Positions 21,455-30,852 of a stretch of DNA of 64,000 nt are shown here, in pieces. This stretch comes from Candidatus Bathyarchaeota archaeon (GTDB lineage Archaea; Thermoproteota; Bathyarchaeia; 40CM-2-53-6; RBG-13-38-9), in the NCBI GenBank assembly GCA_963807605.1, contig CAWECG010000003.1, positions 512,001 to 576,000 of the forward strand, given 5' to 3'. The notes beneath the pieces were generated by a model that saw only the letters and a list, made by a program, of their open reading frames with translations, was not told the DNA's origin and ran no database searches. Every line of letters begins with the position of its first letter. The stretch's first letter is position 1. The position numbers and the translations under genes were made by a program.

Positions 21455-21844
21455 ATGATTTGGTATCCTTCCGACGATGACGTAATCTGCCTCAATTGGG
21501 TGGTTCTTGAAATGTCGCGTGACAAACACCCTCACAAACTCTTGGGGTCAAGAGAAGGAATACGAGCAATCATAGATAGCGTCAAACATCAAGAGCAAGG
21601 GGGGTTAATCTTTCAAGCCGCACTCTTGTTGAAGAACTTTGCCGAGAAACATATATTTGATGGTGCAAACCATAGAACCGCCTACGCAGTGACTAAGAGT
21701 TTCTTGACAAGGAATGGTAAACGTTTCCGAGTTAGCACTCTAAATGAGGCGTATCCATTTATTAAGAACCTTGAGGTACACGATATAGAAGAAATTCAAA
21801 GGTGGATAGAGCATGGAGAAGAAGGGTTGCCAAGAAAACCCTAA
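21455..21844 (+). CDS. Fic/Doc family protein
   Basis: HIFDGANHRTA variant Fic motif. Confidence 0.8.
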   Translation: MIWYPSDDDVICLNWVVLEMSRDKHPHKLLGSREGIRAIIDSVKHQEQGGLIFQAALLLKNFAEKHIFDGANHRTAYAVTKSFLTRNGKRFRVSTLNEAYPFIKNLEVHDIEEIQRWIEHGEEGLPRKP

Positions 21845-21926
21845 CCTAGCCTTCTTTAGGGAGATTCTTGAAGAGGACATACCTCTACTGAAGATGCTCG
21901 CCACTAATGGCAAGCATAAGGAATAG
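21813..21926 (+). CDS. 37-aa putative antitoxin/partner of the Fic/Doc protein
   Basis: MEKKGCQENPNLAFFREILEEDIPLLKMLATNGKHKE overlaps the Fic 3' end; below the ORF-track length cutoff. Confidence 0.45.
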   Translation: MEKKGCQENPNLAFFREILEEDIPLLKMLATNGKHKE

Positions 21927-21943
21927 AGGTTAGAGTGGCTGTT

Positions 21944-22492
21944 TCAAGTCATTTGACTTGCGTTTTGTATCAACGTTAGCCACTTGTTCTTTCCTTCGAC
22001 TTTGATTCCACATGCTTCTGCTGGTGTCTTACCCTCTAGGGCTTCATGTGGTCGCATGTAGTTGTGGAATATCTGGTAGCCCTTCAGAATGGGAGTATCG
22101 GTTTTCTTCAGTCCTCGCATGACCTTCTCTCTATCTCTGACTTCCCCGTTGAACCGTTCCATCTTGTTATTATTTCTATCACCCTGTATTCTGATGTGGC
22201 TGATATGCTGAGGTCTAGGTTGCTGGTGTTGCCAAAACTCCTTACGATAAGCATCATGATAAGCTGGTAGTCCATCAGTGATTAGTAGCATAGGTTTCTT
22301 GCCTGTGAGTTCCTTGCCCTTGCGGAACAAGTTTCGAGCATCATGAGTAAACTTGGTATCGGCTACTTCTTGAACTATCCAGAAACGAGTCTCATCATCC
22401 ATGAGGGCGAAAACATACTTCATGTTGCCTCTGAACTTTACGAAAAGCTCGGGAACTATCTTGCGACACTCGGCGAATTTGCTGAAGCGCAA
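21944..22492 (-). pseudogene. IS6-like DDE transposase, 5'-truncated/internally deleted
   Basis: ELFVKF..KYVFALMD..TRFW, ITDGL, NNKMERFNG, HNYMRPH..L.GKTPAE; the first catalytic D (W..DE) is missing. Confidence 0.8.
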
Positions 22493-22651
22493 GGAGAGCT
22501 ATTCGCAAAAGAGATGAACCACTACTTTGATCTGATACTCTCTTCGCTGGCCCTTGACTGACCAAACTGAGGAGAACAGCCAGCTTTTCATGCGCACACC
22601 AGATCATGGTTGGCTTGAGTGATGCAGAACGCAGAGGAGTAAAACTCTTTA

Positions 22652-23035
22652 TCAGTTCATCCTCAGATGCCTGTGAAAATCTGTTACGAAATTGTCAACC
22701 AATCTTTCAAGGCTCTGAGTAATTTCCTTGACTTTAAGACTGGCCTGTTCTTTGATCTTTGACTCTTCAGCTGCGATGTAAATGTGATAGTATCCCCCCT
22801 CTTTAAGTGTCCTTACTCTCTTGTACACGAGGCTCAAGCTGACTAGCTTTGATAACGAGCGGTGAACAGTGCTTCTGTTCCTCTTCACTGCTTCTGAAAT
22901 CTCGTCGAGGGTGACCTGATCGCCTCGTGCAACCACAAAAAGGATATCAAGATCCATCTGTTTCAGGTTGTACAGGCAGGTAAGAAGCTCCGAGCATGTC
23001 GCGCCTTTTCTCGTAAGGAATTGTATGCTTTCCAT
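22652..23035 (-). CDS. TrmB/MarR-like HTH transcriptional regulator
   Basis: LTCLYNL, TLDEISEAVKRNRSTVHRSL, GGYYHIY. Confidence 0.85.
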   Translation of the reverse strand: MESIQFLTRKGATCSELLTCLYNLKQMDLDILFVVARGDQVTLDEISEAVKRNRSTVHRSLSKLVSLSLVYKRVRTLKEGGYYHIYIAAEESKIKEQASLKVKEITQSLERLVDNFVTDFHRHLRMN

Positions 23036-23148
23036 TTGACCTTAAGATAGGGAATGAGATGGAATATAAGTATTGCATGGTATTGGCAAGACTCTGATAC
23101 ATTAATAAACCCATTTCGCACTGATGAATGAACTGGTAGATTGTAACA

Positions 23149-23628
23149 ATGAGCGTAGATACTGAGAACAATAAAGACCAGGAAATCGAGAAGATCAAAA
23201 TGAGAGCCTTGCATGAGATCCAGAAGCAAGCAAAGACCCAGCAGAGTCAGACTGAAGCCCTGAAGGCTTTGGGCGGTAAACCGATAGACCTTACGGATTC
23301 AAACTTTTTTTCTGTTGTTAACAAGTACCCACTGATGCTGATCGATTTCTGGGCGCCATGGTGTGGGCCTTGCAGAATGGTTTCCCCTACTATAGATCAA
23401 CTGGCAAAGCAGTATTCGGGCAACATTGCATTTGGAAGAGTCAATGTTGACGAAAATCCAACGACTGCAAGTCAATTTGAGGTACAGGGCATCCCCACGC
23501 TCTTGATCTTTCAGCATGGGAAAGCAATTGATAGACTCGTCGGCGCATATCCAAAGAACACCATCGAATCGCGGCTCCAGGCACATCTAGGGAATGGTTC
23601 TGCTCCATCTGCCGGCGCATATCGATAA
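23149..23628 (+). CDS. trxA: Thioredoxin
   Basis: DFWAPWCGPC, GIPT. Confidence 0.95.
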   Translation: MSVDTENNKDQEIEKIKMRALHEIQKQAKTQQSQTEALKALGGKPIDLTDSNFFSVVNKYPLMLIDFWAPWCGPCRMVSPTIDQLAKQYSGNIAFGRVNVDENPTTASQFEVQGIPTLLIFQHGKAIDRLVGAYPKNTIESRLQAHLGNGSAPSAGAYR

Positions 23629-23680
23629 TCAATCAAAATGCGTTTTGATTGAAACGTTGGGAGATGGAACTGTAAGCGAA

Positions 23681-23820
23681 ATGATTCCAGCAACAACCTC
23701 AAACGGCCAGCAAGTTCTTATTATGAAAGAGCGGTCTCAGCAGACAAAGGGAAAGAAAGCGCAGCAAAACAACATATTTGCTGGCAAACTGCTAGCCGAA
23801 CTCATCAAAACAAGCTTGGG
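23681..23820 (+). pseudogene. 5' fragment of a third thermosome gene
   Basis: GQQVLIMKERSQQTKGKKAQQNNIFAGKLLAELIKTSLG aligns with [39 protein letters not shown]; ends at ACGCGCGCGT. Confidence 0.85.
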
Positions 23821-23831
23821 ACGCGCGCGTA

Positions 23832-23945
23832 AATTATCAAGATCGAGAACGCATGAAACGGTGCCTAGGCATTTTCGAAGACTTCTGCATTGTTACCCAA
23901 AGCGTCAGGAATGGCATCAATGTCCAGGTTGCCGTCCAGTCCTGA
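23832..23945 (+). pseudogene. 3' fragment of an OsmC-family gene
   Basis: RMKRCLGIFEDFCIVTQSVRNGINVQV* begins right after ACGCGCGCGT. Confidence 0.7.
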
Positions 23946-23961
23946 GTGGAGGTGATTGCAT

Positions 23962-24138
23962 ATGGCGAAGAAGTTCAAATGCGCTGATATTGGTATGAAG
24001 TGTGGCTTCGAAGCTACGGCCAACACGACCGATGAACTAATGCCCAAAATTGCCGACCACGCTAAGGCTGCACATGGAATGACCGAGATACCCAAAGATA
24101 TACTTGCAAAGGTCCAAGCGGCGATAAAGGACATTTAG
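23962..24138 (+). CDS. DUF1059 small metal-binding protein
   Basis: FKCADIGMKCGFEA...DHAKAAHGM; GGAGGTGA SD. Confidence 0.88.
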   Translation: MAKKFKCADIGMKCGFEATANTTDELMPKIADHAKAAHGMTEIPKDILAKVQAAIKDI

Positions 24139-24150
24139 AAGTCGAAGAGA

Positions 24151-24831
24151 GTGAAGCGCACCGGAGGGACGCCGACGTCAAAGTCAAGGCGACATAGCGG
24201 CGGCTCCCTCAAGCTCCCTATTCCATTCTACCATCAAGCTTCGCAATTCACCTGCGGACCCGCTTGCTTGATGATGGCGATGAAGTTCTTCAAACCATCT
24301 CTGCATCTGAATCGAAAATTTGAGTTTGACATTTGGCGTGAAGCCAACCTGGTGGAGTGCTACGGAACAAGCAAAGAAGGGTTGGCGCTAGCAGCGGCTA
24401 GGCGAGGTTTTGACGTTTACATGCTCGGAAGAGCACTGCGGCATTCCTTCGTAGACGCCATCGATACCAAAATACCTAACATTGACTACCAAATGCTCGA
24501 GTTGCTTTACAATGACACAAAAGCGAAATTGCGCGCCATGGGAGTCAAGAACGTTGCTCGCGAAGTCCAGTTGTCCAACCTCAAGGGTGCTTTGCGTAAC
24601 TCGCAAGTTCCAATTCTGCTCACAAGCACATCATTGTTCGGGAAAAAAGAAGCCCTTCCACACTGGGTGGTCCTCACGGGGTACGGAAAAGACTGGTATC
24701 TAAATAATCCATTAGCAAACTCGCCAAATACGAGACTTAGCGGCCGGACTTTAGAGAACAATTTGGGGTACAAGGAAATTCGCTGCGCCGTCATTGTCCA
24801 AGGCTTAAAGCGGCGAGTTGAACCCAAGTGA
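24151..24831 (+). CDS. Peptidase C39-like protein (DUF3335-like)
   Basis: YHQASQFTCGPACLMMA, IWREAN, PHWVVLTG. Confidence 0.8.
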   Translation: MKRTGGTPTSKSRRHSGGSLKLPIPFYHQASQFTCGPACLMMAMKFFKPSLHLNRKFEFDIWREANLVECYGTSKEGLALAAARRGFDVYMLGRALRHSFVDAIDTKIPNIDYQMLELLYNDTKAKLRAMGVKNVAREVQLSNLKGALRNSQVPILLTSTSLFGKKEALPHWVVLTGYGKDWYLNNPLANSPNTRLSGRTLENNLGYKEIRCAVIVQGLKRRVEPK

Positions 24832-24912
24832 ATTGTAGGTAAAGTTTGGATACATGGTTGTCGCTAAGCGATTCTCAAGGTCTAAAGTGAGTACCCTATA
24901 GGAGATGAGAAG

Positions 24913-25704
24913 ATGCCTGATATCTTTGAGGAGATTGTGCGGATAAGGCGAGAAAGAACTAGGGCTGCGCTTGCAACGGTCGTCGGCGGCGAAAAGGGAG
25001 TTCCAGGGAAAACGGGGTTCCGAATGCTAGTCTACTCGGATGGCAGCAGCCTGGGCACAATTGGAGGTGGCCTACTTGAAGCCAAAGTCCGAGAGGAAGC
25101 TCTACACTGCCTCGATGACAGGAAAACAAAGCTTCTGGAATATACCCTTGATGAGCAGAGTGCTGACGGGATTGGTGCATTATGCGGCGGCAAGGTCCAA
25201 ATTTTCGTGGAGCCGATCGAGGGGTCACCGAAGTTGTATGTCTTCGGAGGTGGTCACATCGCAGTTCCACTAGTCCAGTTTGCGAACACCCTGGGATTTT
25301 CTGTTATCGTGGTGGATGACCGAGAAGAATTCGCTAACAAAACACGCTTCCCGCAAACCGAAGTGAAGTTAGGCAACTTCGTCGATGTAACCAAGTCCTT
25401 CGACTTTCGTGAAGACGACTCTGTTGTTATAGTGACACGTGGGCATGAGCATGATGAGGTTGTGTTAAAGGAGTGCCTCTCCAAAGACAGGCTTCCAAAC
25501 TATATCGGCATGATCGGGAGCCGAGACAAGGTTGCTGCAACTTTCTCTCATCTCAAGGAACAAGGCGTATCAGAAAAACTGCTTGCGAAAGTTAAGGCTC
25601 CCATAGGAATAAACATAGGAGCTCGGACGCAGGCGGAAATCGCGTTGAGTATAATGGCTCAGATCGTTGCCCTTCTACATGAAGAGTCAACTAAATTACC
25701 CTGA
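24913..25704 (+). CDS. xdhC: XdhC/CoxI family Moco maturation factor
   Basis: GTIGGG, CGG, FGGGHI, TRGHEHD, YIGMIGS, APIG..EIA.SI. Confidence 0.9.
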   Translation: MPDIFEEIVRIRRERTRAALATVVGGEKGVPGKTGFRMLVYSDGSSLGTIGGGLLEAKVREEALHCLDDRKTKLLEYTLDEQSADGIGALCGGKVQIFVEPIEGSPKLYVFGGGHIAVPLVQFANTLGFSVIVVDDREEFANKTRFPQTEVKLGNFVDVTKSFDFREDDSVVIVTRGHEHDEVVLKECLSKDRLPNYIGMIGSRDKVAATFSHLKEQGVSEKLLAKVKAPIGINIGARTQAEIALSIMAQIVALLHEESTKLP

Positions 25705-25720
25705 GCTTCAGCTCAGGGTA
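25697..25720. other. Perfect 10-bp hairpin at the edge of the long inverted repeat
   Basis: TACCCTGAGC-TTCA-GCTCAGGGTA. Confidence 0.8.
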
Positions 25721-25950
25721 TTTCAGCTCCTTTTCTTATAACTGCTTCAAGCATTCTCTCTATGTTGTAGTATCCCTGCGGTGTGCACACACAATAATTT
25801 CTCTGTAGGAAGTGGAAAACCTCTAAGACCTCTCTTTAATTAGGCAGATACATTTGCCATCTGAGGACGTGCTTAGAATGTAACAATTTTCTCGCAATCC
25901 CTTATCATCTCATACAAATCTTTCATCGTTGACAGTGGACACATTTCAGA
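25721..25950 (-). repeat. ~230-bp inverted repeat, left arm (partner 32618..32845)
   Basis: Reverse complement matches TCTGAAATGT...AGAAAAGGAGCT with scattered substitutions. Confidence 0.92.
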
Positions 25951-26193
25951 GCCTGAAGATTGTCGGATCTTGAGACAGCTGCCACATGCAAATATTTTGC
26001 CAGCGTTATCAACAAAGGAACGCATCTGCTCCGTTATTTTGAATTTATCAGTATCAAGATATTCGCACTCTACTCCTTTTGCTATAAGAAACACCTTTAC
26101 TTCATCACGTTCTTTCAGAGCAAAATTTCCAAACCGAAAAGCATTCCACACGGTTTCTGGGTCGTTCGAGTAGATAACAATGCCAATTTTCAT
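25873..26193 (-). CDS. DsrE family protein
   Basis: NDPETVWNAFRF, VFLIAKGVE, ACGSCLKIR, CPLSTM. Confidence 0.88.
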   Translation of the reverse strand: MKIGIVIYSNDPETVWNAFRFGNFALKERDEVKVFLIAKGVECEYLDTDKFKITEQMRSFVDNAGKIFACGSCLKIRQSSGSEMCPLSTMKDLYEMIRDCEKIVTF

Positions 26194-26268
26194 ATTTGTA
26201 ACTCCTTAATTTTTTGTCATGATCACAAACAGGAGTCTTAGTCTTGCTGTCAACACTGGCTTCTAAGA

Positions 26269-27421
26269 CTAGGCCTCAAGCTTTTGTCTAATTCTGCCCA
26301 CGTTCTTGGAGACCAAGTCTACGGTATAGTCAACCTCCTCTTTGCTAGTCCATCTTCCCAGGCTGAATCTGACAGCGCCCAACGCAGTCTCTCTGGATAA
26401 TCCCATTGCTGTTAGTACTGGGGATGGCTCCATGGAGTCTGAGTGGCAGGCTGAACCTGTGGACGCCGCAATCTCTGGAATGCTCCTCAGAAGCTCTTCT
26501 CCGACTAGGCCTTTGAAGCTTAGATTCAGGGTATTCGGGAGCCTCTCCTCTGGGTGTCCATTCAATACCACGGAATCCCCACCCAGCTTGTCCAAGATGC
26601 CTTGGTAAAGCCCTTCTCTGAGAATCCTTGATTCTAGGTTTGAAGTCTGGGAGGTCTCTCTTCGCTATCTCGCAGGCCTTGCCCAACCCTACAATGTAGG
26701 GGACGTTCTCAGTGCCTGCACGTCTGCCCCGCTCCTGGCCTCCTCCATGGATCAGACTGTCCAGCTGTGTTCCGTTTCGAATGTAAAGCGCTCCTATGCC
26801 TTTTGGAGCATACAACTTGTGACCTGCTATGGTAAGGAGATCCACCTCAAGACTGTCTACATCCACGTCAGTCTTACCACAGGACTGGGCTGCATCAGTA
26901 TGGAATAGGATTCCTCTTTCGTTCAGAATCTTGCTGATCTCTTCGATGGGCTGAATCGTTCCAGTCTCATTGTTGGCATGCATAATCGTGACGAGGACAG
27001 TCTCGTCTGTGATGGCTTTCTCCAAGTCTTCTGTGCTTATGATCCCAAACTTGTCGACTGGAAGATATGTGACTCTGTATCCCAGTCTCTCCCTAAGATA
27101 ATTGCATGTTTTCAATACTGCTGGATGTTCTGTCTGAGATGTGACTATGTGCCCCTTCCTTCCGTGTGCAGTTGCAGTCCCTGTGATGGCTTGGTTGTTG
27201 CTTTCTGATCCGCTGCTGGTGAAGACGATCTCATCAGGTTCGCAGCCTATCAGTGCAGCGGTCTTCTCGCGGGCTGCGACTACTGCTTCATGGGCTCGCT
27301 GGCCGTAAACATGGTTGCTTGAAGGGTTACCGAACTCGTCCTTTAGATATGGAAGCATGGCCTCCAGGACTTGTGGGTCTGTGGGTGTAGTGGCGTTGTA
27401 GTCCATGTAGACTGGCTTCAA
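26269..27421 (-). pseudogene. iscS: Cysteine desulfurase (IscS/NifS) with a single frameshift near 26630
   Basis: YMDYNATTP, HTDAAQ, AGHKLY in 26345..27421; catalytic STGSACH in the other-frame ORF 26269..26595. Confidence 0.88.
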
Positions 27422-27426
27422 TCTCT

Positions 27427-27795
27427 CTACTTCCTCTGAAGTATGCTCTTGACGAGCCTCTCTTCGCTGGTGAGATGCTCGAAAAGCGTCTCTCTAATCA
27501 TCTCGCATGCCTGAGTGATCTTCGGATTCGATATTCTGTAGTAAATGCTGGTTCCCTCTCTTCTAGTTAGGACAATGTTCTTGTCTCTCAAGACGGCCAA
27601 GTGCTGTGAGACGTTAGCCTGAGGTAGCCTGAGCATCTGGGCAAGTTCGTTAACTGATTTTTCGCCGCTTCTGAGAAGGTAGAGTATCTTCAACCTGACA
27701 GGGTTCGCAAGGGTCTGGCACATGGCTGCATGTAACTCAAAGACCCTATCCTCTGATGAACTTAGATGAGGCATTCTTGTTTCCTTCCTCTCCAC
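27427..27795 (-). CDS. ArsR/SmtB transcriptional regulator
   Basis: LANPVRLKIL, SVNEL, NVSQHLAVL. Confidence 0.9.
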   Translation of the reverse strand: MERKETRMPHLSSSEDRVFELHAAMCQTLANPVRLKILYLLRSGEKSVNELAQMLRLPQANVSQHLAVLRDKNIVLTRREGTSIYYRISNPKITQACEMIRETLFEHLTSEERLVKSILQRK

Positions 27796-27865
27796 ATATG
27801 ACTAGCACATGATATAAAACAATATTCTTATATATTAATATGATTATAACTAACAACAATATAAA

Positions 27866-28273
27866 ATGGAGACTAAGCATGTGAGTGAAAGAAACGGTGG
27901 GTGGATAGCCCTCCTAGTAATACTCTTGATATTTCTGTTCGCAGGCCCCATGATGTTCATGGGAGGAGGTTTTATGGGCCCAGGCATGATGGGTGGCTAC
28001 GGCCCGAACGGTGGGTACCGTGGCATGATGGGCTACGGAGGATATGGCTATGGTTACGGCTTCAACTGGCTCGGCGCAATAGTCCGGATAATCGTATTCC
28101 TGATCTTTCTTGGCCTGATAGCGTTTGGAGTCTACTACCTTGTCGGTGGAGGCAGACCAACACCCACGAGTCCAACACCAAGCAGCAGACCACTTGAGAT
28201 CCTAAAGGAACGATATGCCAAGGGCGAGATAACGAAGGAAGAGTATGAGCAGATGAAGCAGGAACTCTCCTAG
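27866..28273 (+). CDS. Gly/Met-rich membrane protein with SHOCT domain
   Basis: GMMG tracts, two TMs, LEILKERYAKGEITKEEY. Confidence 0.85.
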   Translation: METKHVSERNGGWIALLVILLIFLFAGPMMFMGGGFMGPGMMGGYGPNGGYRGMMGYGGYGYGYGFNWLGAIVRIIVFLIFLGLIAFGVYYLVGGGRPTPTSPTPSSRPLEILKERYAKGEITKEEYEQMKQELS

Positions 28274-28286
28274 GAGGACTAACAGA

Positions 28287-29057
28287 ATGAACAGAAGGAT
28301 CCTACTTGGAGTAATCCTAATCATAATAGGCATCGTAGGGTTAGTCGCATTCTCAACAGTACAATGGGCACCAACATACACAGGCCCAACACCTGCACCT
28401 TATCCAACATCGACCGCGCCTTTCCAAATAACTCCAACGCCGACCCCGGGACAATACCAACCTTACCCAGCAATTCCAAGGAATATAGATGAGGCAGCAC
28501 AGGTGGCGAAGAGCTGGGTAGCATCCTTAGGATACCCTGACTTAGCCGTCAAGGAGATCATGGAGTTCCAGTATAACTACTACTTCATCGTCTACGAGAA
28601 GAGCACAGGGATCGACGCCTTCGAAGGAATCATCGAGAAAGCAGTCGGCCTAAGCGGAATGGGCGGGATGATGGGAATAGTACATCCAGAGCAAGGGCCG
28701 AGCATGATGTGGAACACCAAGTACGGACAGATGGCCAGTTGGGGCCCGACGGGTGGTAGCTGGAATCAAGGCGGAGGAATGATGAGCCGTGGATGGGGCT
28801 ACCAACCATACAGTGGAGTGCCCACCGCCAATATGTCGGTTACAAAGACAGATGCAAAGCAACTAGCCCAAACCTACCTAGACTCGAACCTTCCAGGCAC
28901 CTCACTAGAAGAACCAGAAACCTTCTACGGATACTATACCCTGCATGTCCTCAAGGATGGCAATATATACGGAATGTTAAGCGTCAACGGCTACACCGGT
29001 CAGGTATGGTACCACACCTGGCACGGCGCCTTCATACAAGAGAAAGCTCTGACCTAA
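28287..29057 (+). CDS. Exported GMM-rich protein with PepSY-like repeats
   Basis: Signal anchor, MMWNTKYG, FYGYYTLH, LSVNGYTGQVWYHTWHG. Confidence 0.75.
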   Translation: MNRRILLGVILIIIGIVGLVAFSTVQWAPTYTGPTPAPYPTSTAPFQITPTPTPGQYQPYPAIPRNIDEAAQVAKSWVASLGYPDLAVKEIMEFQYNYYFIVYEKSTGIDAFEGIIEKAVGLSGMGGMMGIVHPEQGPSMMWNTKYGQMASWGPTGGSWNQGGGMMSRGWGYQPYSGVPTANMSVTKTDAKQLAQTYLDSNLPGTSLEEPETFYGYYTLHVLKDGNIYGMLSVNGYTGQVWYHTWHGAFIQEKALT

Positions 29058-29098
29058 GAAACGCCACACCTTCTTTACCACAAGGAGTCGGACTGCCA

Positions 29099-29198
29099 GT
29101 GAATAACGTCAATACGGAACAGTTGCAGAAGTTCATGGAGACTGTGAAGAAAGATCCAAAGCAAGCGTTGAAGGAGAAGAATGTCACCGGGGAATGGG
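29099..29198 (+). pseudogene. 5' fragment of an OsmC-like gene
   Basis: VNNVNTEQLQKFMETVKKDPKQA...VTGEW ends at GCGCGCG. Confidence 0.6.
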
Positions 29199-29422
29199 GC
29201 GCGCGAACGTAATTTGAATCAAAATCTTGTCATCGTGTTAGTTCTATTGATTGTAGTCAGTGGAGCCTTAGCAATACTCGGCTACTATGGTGTTAGAACC
29301 CCCTAAGACAGAAGACCTAACACCTTCTCCAACCATAAGCCCCGACACCCAGTAATAAGGCCAAGAATCGGCAAAGCGAAATCTAGCGCGCTATTCTTTT
29401 TCTTTGCGTAATGCCTATATAA

Positions 29423-29456
29423 TATAGCCGACGTGCTATATAGCATGCCAGCTATA
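29423..29456. promoter_or_regulatory. Two overlapping palindromes TATAGC-N6-GCTATA, likely ArsR auto-operator
   Basis: 29423-29440 and 29439-29456, overlapping ATG 29445. Confidence 0.6.
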
Positions 29457-29783
29457 GATGAGATTAGTATAATTAATTTCAAGTCAACTGTATTCGAGGC
29501 ATTGGGCGATCCAAGTAGATTGAAAATACTGGACTTTTTGAGAGATGGCGAAAAATGTGCCTGCGATGTCGTTCCAACTGTTGGTTTCGCTCAACCAACT
29601 GTTTCCAGGCATTTGAAGGTTCTCATCGATTGCGGCATCCTCAAAAGGCGCAAGGAAGGAAACAAAATGCTCTACTCAGTCACATCTCCAAAAATCTATG
29701 ACGTAATAGACTTGGTAGATTCACGCTTTATCGATTCCCTCAGTAGAAACGTCATCGCCAGAATACGACAGGGGTGTCGATAG
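29445..29783 (+). CDS. ArsR/SmtB regulator with CxC metal-sensing motif
   Basis: ALGDPSRLKIL, EKCACD, VSRHLK. Confidence 0.9.
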   Translation: MPAIDEISIINFKSTVFEALGDPSRLKILDFLRDGEKCACDVVPTVGFAQPTVSRHLKVLIDCGILKRRKEGNKMLYSVTSPKIYDVIDLVDSRFIDSLSRNVIARIRQGCR

Positions 29784-29787
29784 AGAA

Positions 29788-30189
29788 ATGGACAGTGACA
29801 GAATGGAGAGTAAGAACGATGGCTCAGGCGATAAGAAGGTTGGCTTCATATTCTGTGTCTGCACAGGCAAATGTCCAGGATTCAAAGACATGGACATGTG
29901 GGATTTCATAAACACAATTAGAGCAACCTATCCGGTTGAGTATGCATTCATTCATCCCATGCTTTGCGACGAGGATGGAGACCGATTCTTTCAGGACTTC
30001 TTACGAAAAGATAGGAGGTACTTCATAGCGGGATGTGCCCCCATAATGCAGAAGAAACTCTTTCGAGACGCGTTCGCAAGGGCTGGACTCGACATAAACC
30101 AAGACCTTGTCTCACTCGATGTTAGAAACATGACCACACAAAAAGCGCTTGAAACCGTGAAGAAAACTCTGGAAGAGGCGGCAGCTTGA
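29788..30189 (+). CDS. Stand-alone HdrA N-terminal-like Cys-rich domain protein
   Basis: KVGFIFCVC..., HPMLC, IAGCAP, FRDAF.RAGL, LDVRN resemble the HdrA N-terminal domain. Confidence 0.6.
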   Translation: MDSDRMESKNDGSGDKKVGFIFCVCTGKCPGFKDMDMWDFINTIRATYPVEYAFIHPMLCDEDGDRFFQDFLRKDRRYFIAGCAPIMQKKLFRDAFARAGLDINQDLVSLDVRNMTTQKALETVKKTLEEAAA

Positions 30190-30470
30190 CCGAAGAAACA
30201 TACATGGGGGTACCACGAAATAAGATTCCATGGTGCCCGGCCATTAACAGCGAGAAATGTAATCTTTGTGACGGAGATCCACAGTGTCTCAAGTTCTGCC
30301 CGCATGGAGTGTTCGAATACGACAAAGAAAACAAGAAATTAACTGTCAAGAACCCGAATAATTGTGTCGTATTCTGCAGGGTCTGCTCCAAAGTGTGCTC
30401 TGCAGATGCATTGAGTTTCCCAAACAAAAAGGAAATCTTGGAGTTAATAAAAAACGTCAGAGCAAACTAA
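30186..30470 (+). CDS. 4Fe-4S dicluster ferredoxin
   Basis: CNLC....CLKFCP and CVVFCRVCSKVC. Confidence 0.88.
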   Translation: MTEETYMGVPRNKIPWCPAINSEKCNLCDGDPQCLKFCPHGVFEYDKENKKLTVKNPNNCVVFCRVCSKVCSADALSFPNKKEILELIKNVRAN

Positions 30471-30852
30471 GCATATCATAATCCCATGCAGTGGCATAGG
30501 AAAGGCCCTGGGCACGATTGCGCGTAGAGCCACATACATGGTAACGGATCAGATGTTGCCAGCACAGACAGAAACTACATGTCTCCCATTATTGACAATC
30601 GAAGACAAAGAAGCAGTGGAGAAAGTAAGAGGAAACCCGTGCATAACGATAGACGGTTGTATAGCTCAATGCGCAAAGAAGAACGTGGAGTATCACAAAG
30701 GAAATCTGAAAACAGCCATAAACGTACTCGACGTTTTGAAGCAAAATCCAGGGTTGAAACCTGGTACAGTCCTTGACATCGGTCCAGACGGGGAAAAGCT
30801 CGCCAGCAGAATCTCGGAAAAAATAGTAAAAATCATCGGTGAGACAAGTTGA
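30454..30852 (+). CDS. DGC-domain putative zinc-binding protein 1 (probable ACG start)
   Basis: Frame open upstream of ATG 30538: SEQTKHIIIPCSGIGKALGTIARRA; TIDGCIAQC. Confidence 0.75.
   Translation, partial: TSEQTKHIIIPCSGIGKALGTIARRATYMVTDQMLPAQTETTCLPLLTIEDKEAVEKVRGNPCITIDGCIAQCAKKNVEYHKGNLKTAINVLDVLKQNPGLKPGTVLDIGPDGEKLASRISEKIVKIIGETS

Noticed and set aside
23594-23998. 134-aa ORF
   Set aside because: Chimeric read-through of a thermosome stub into unrelated sequence.
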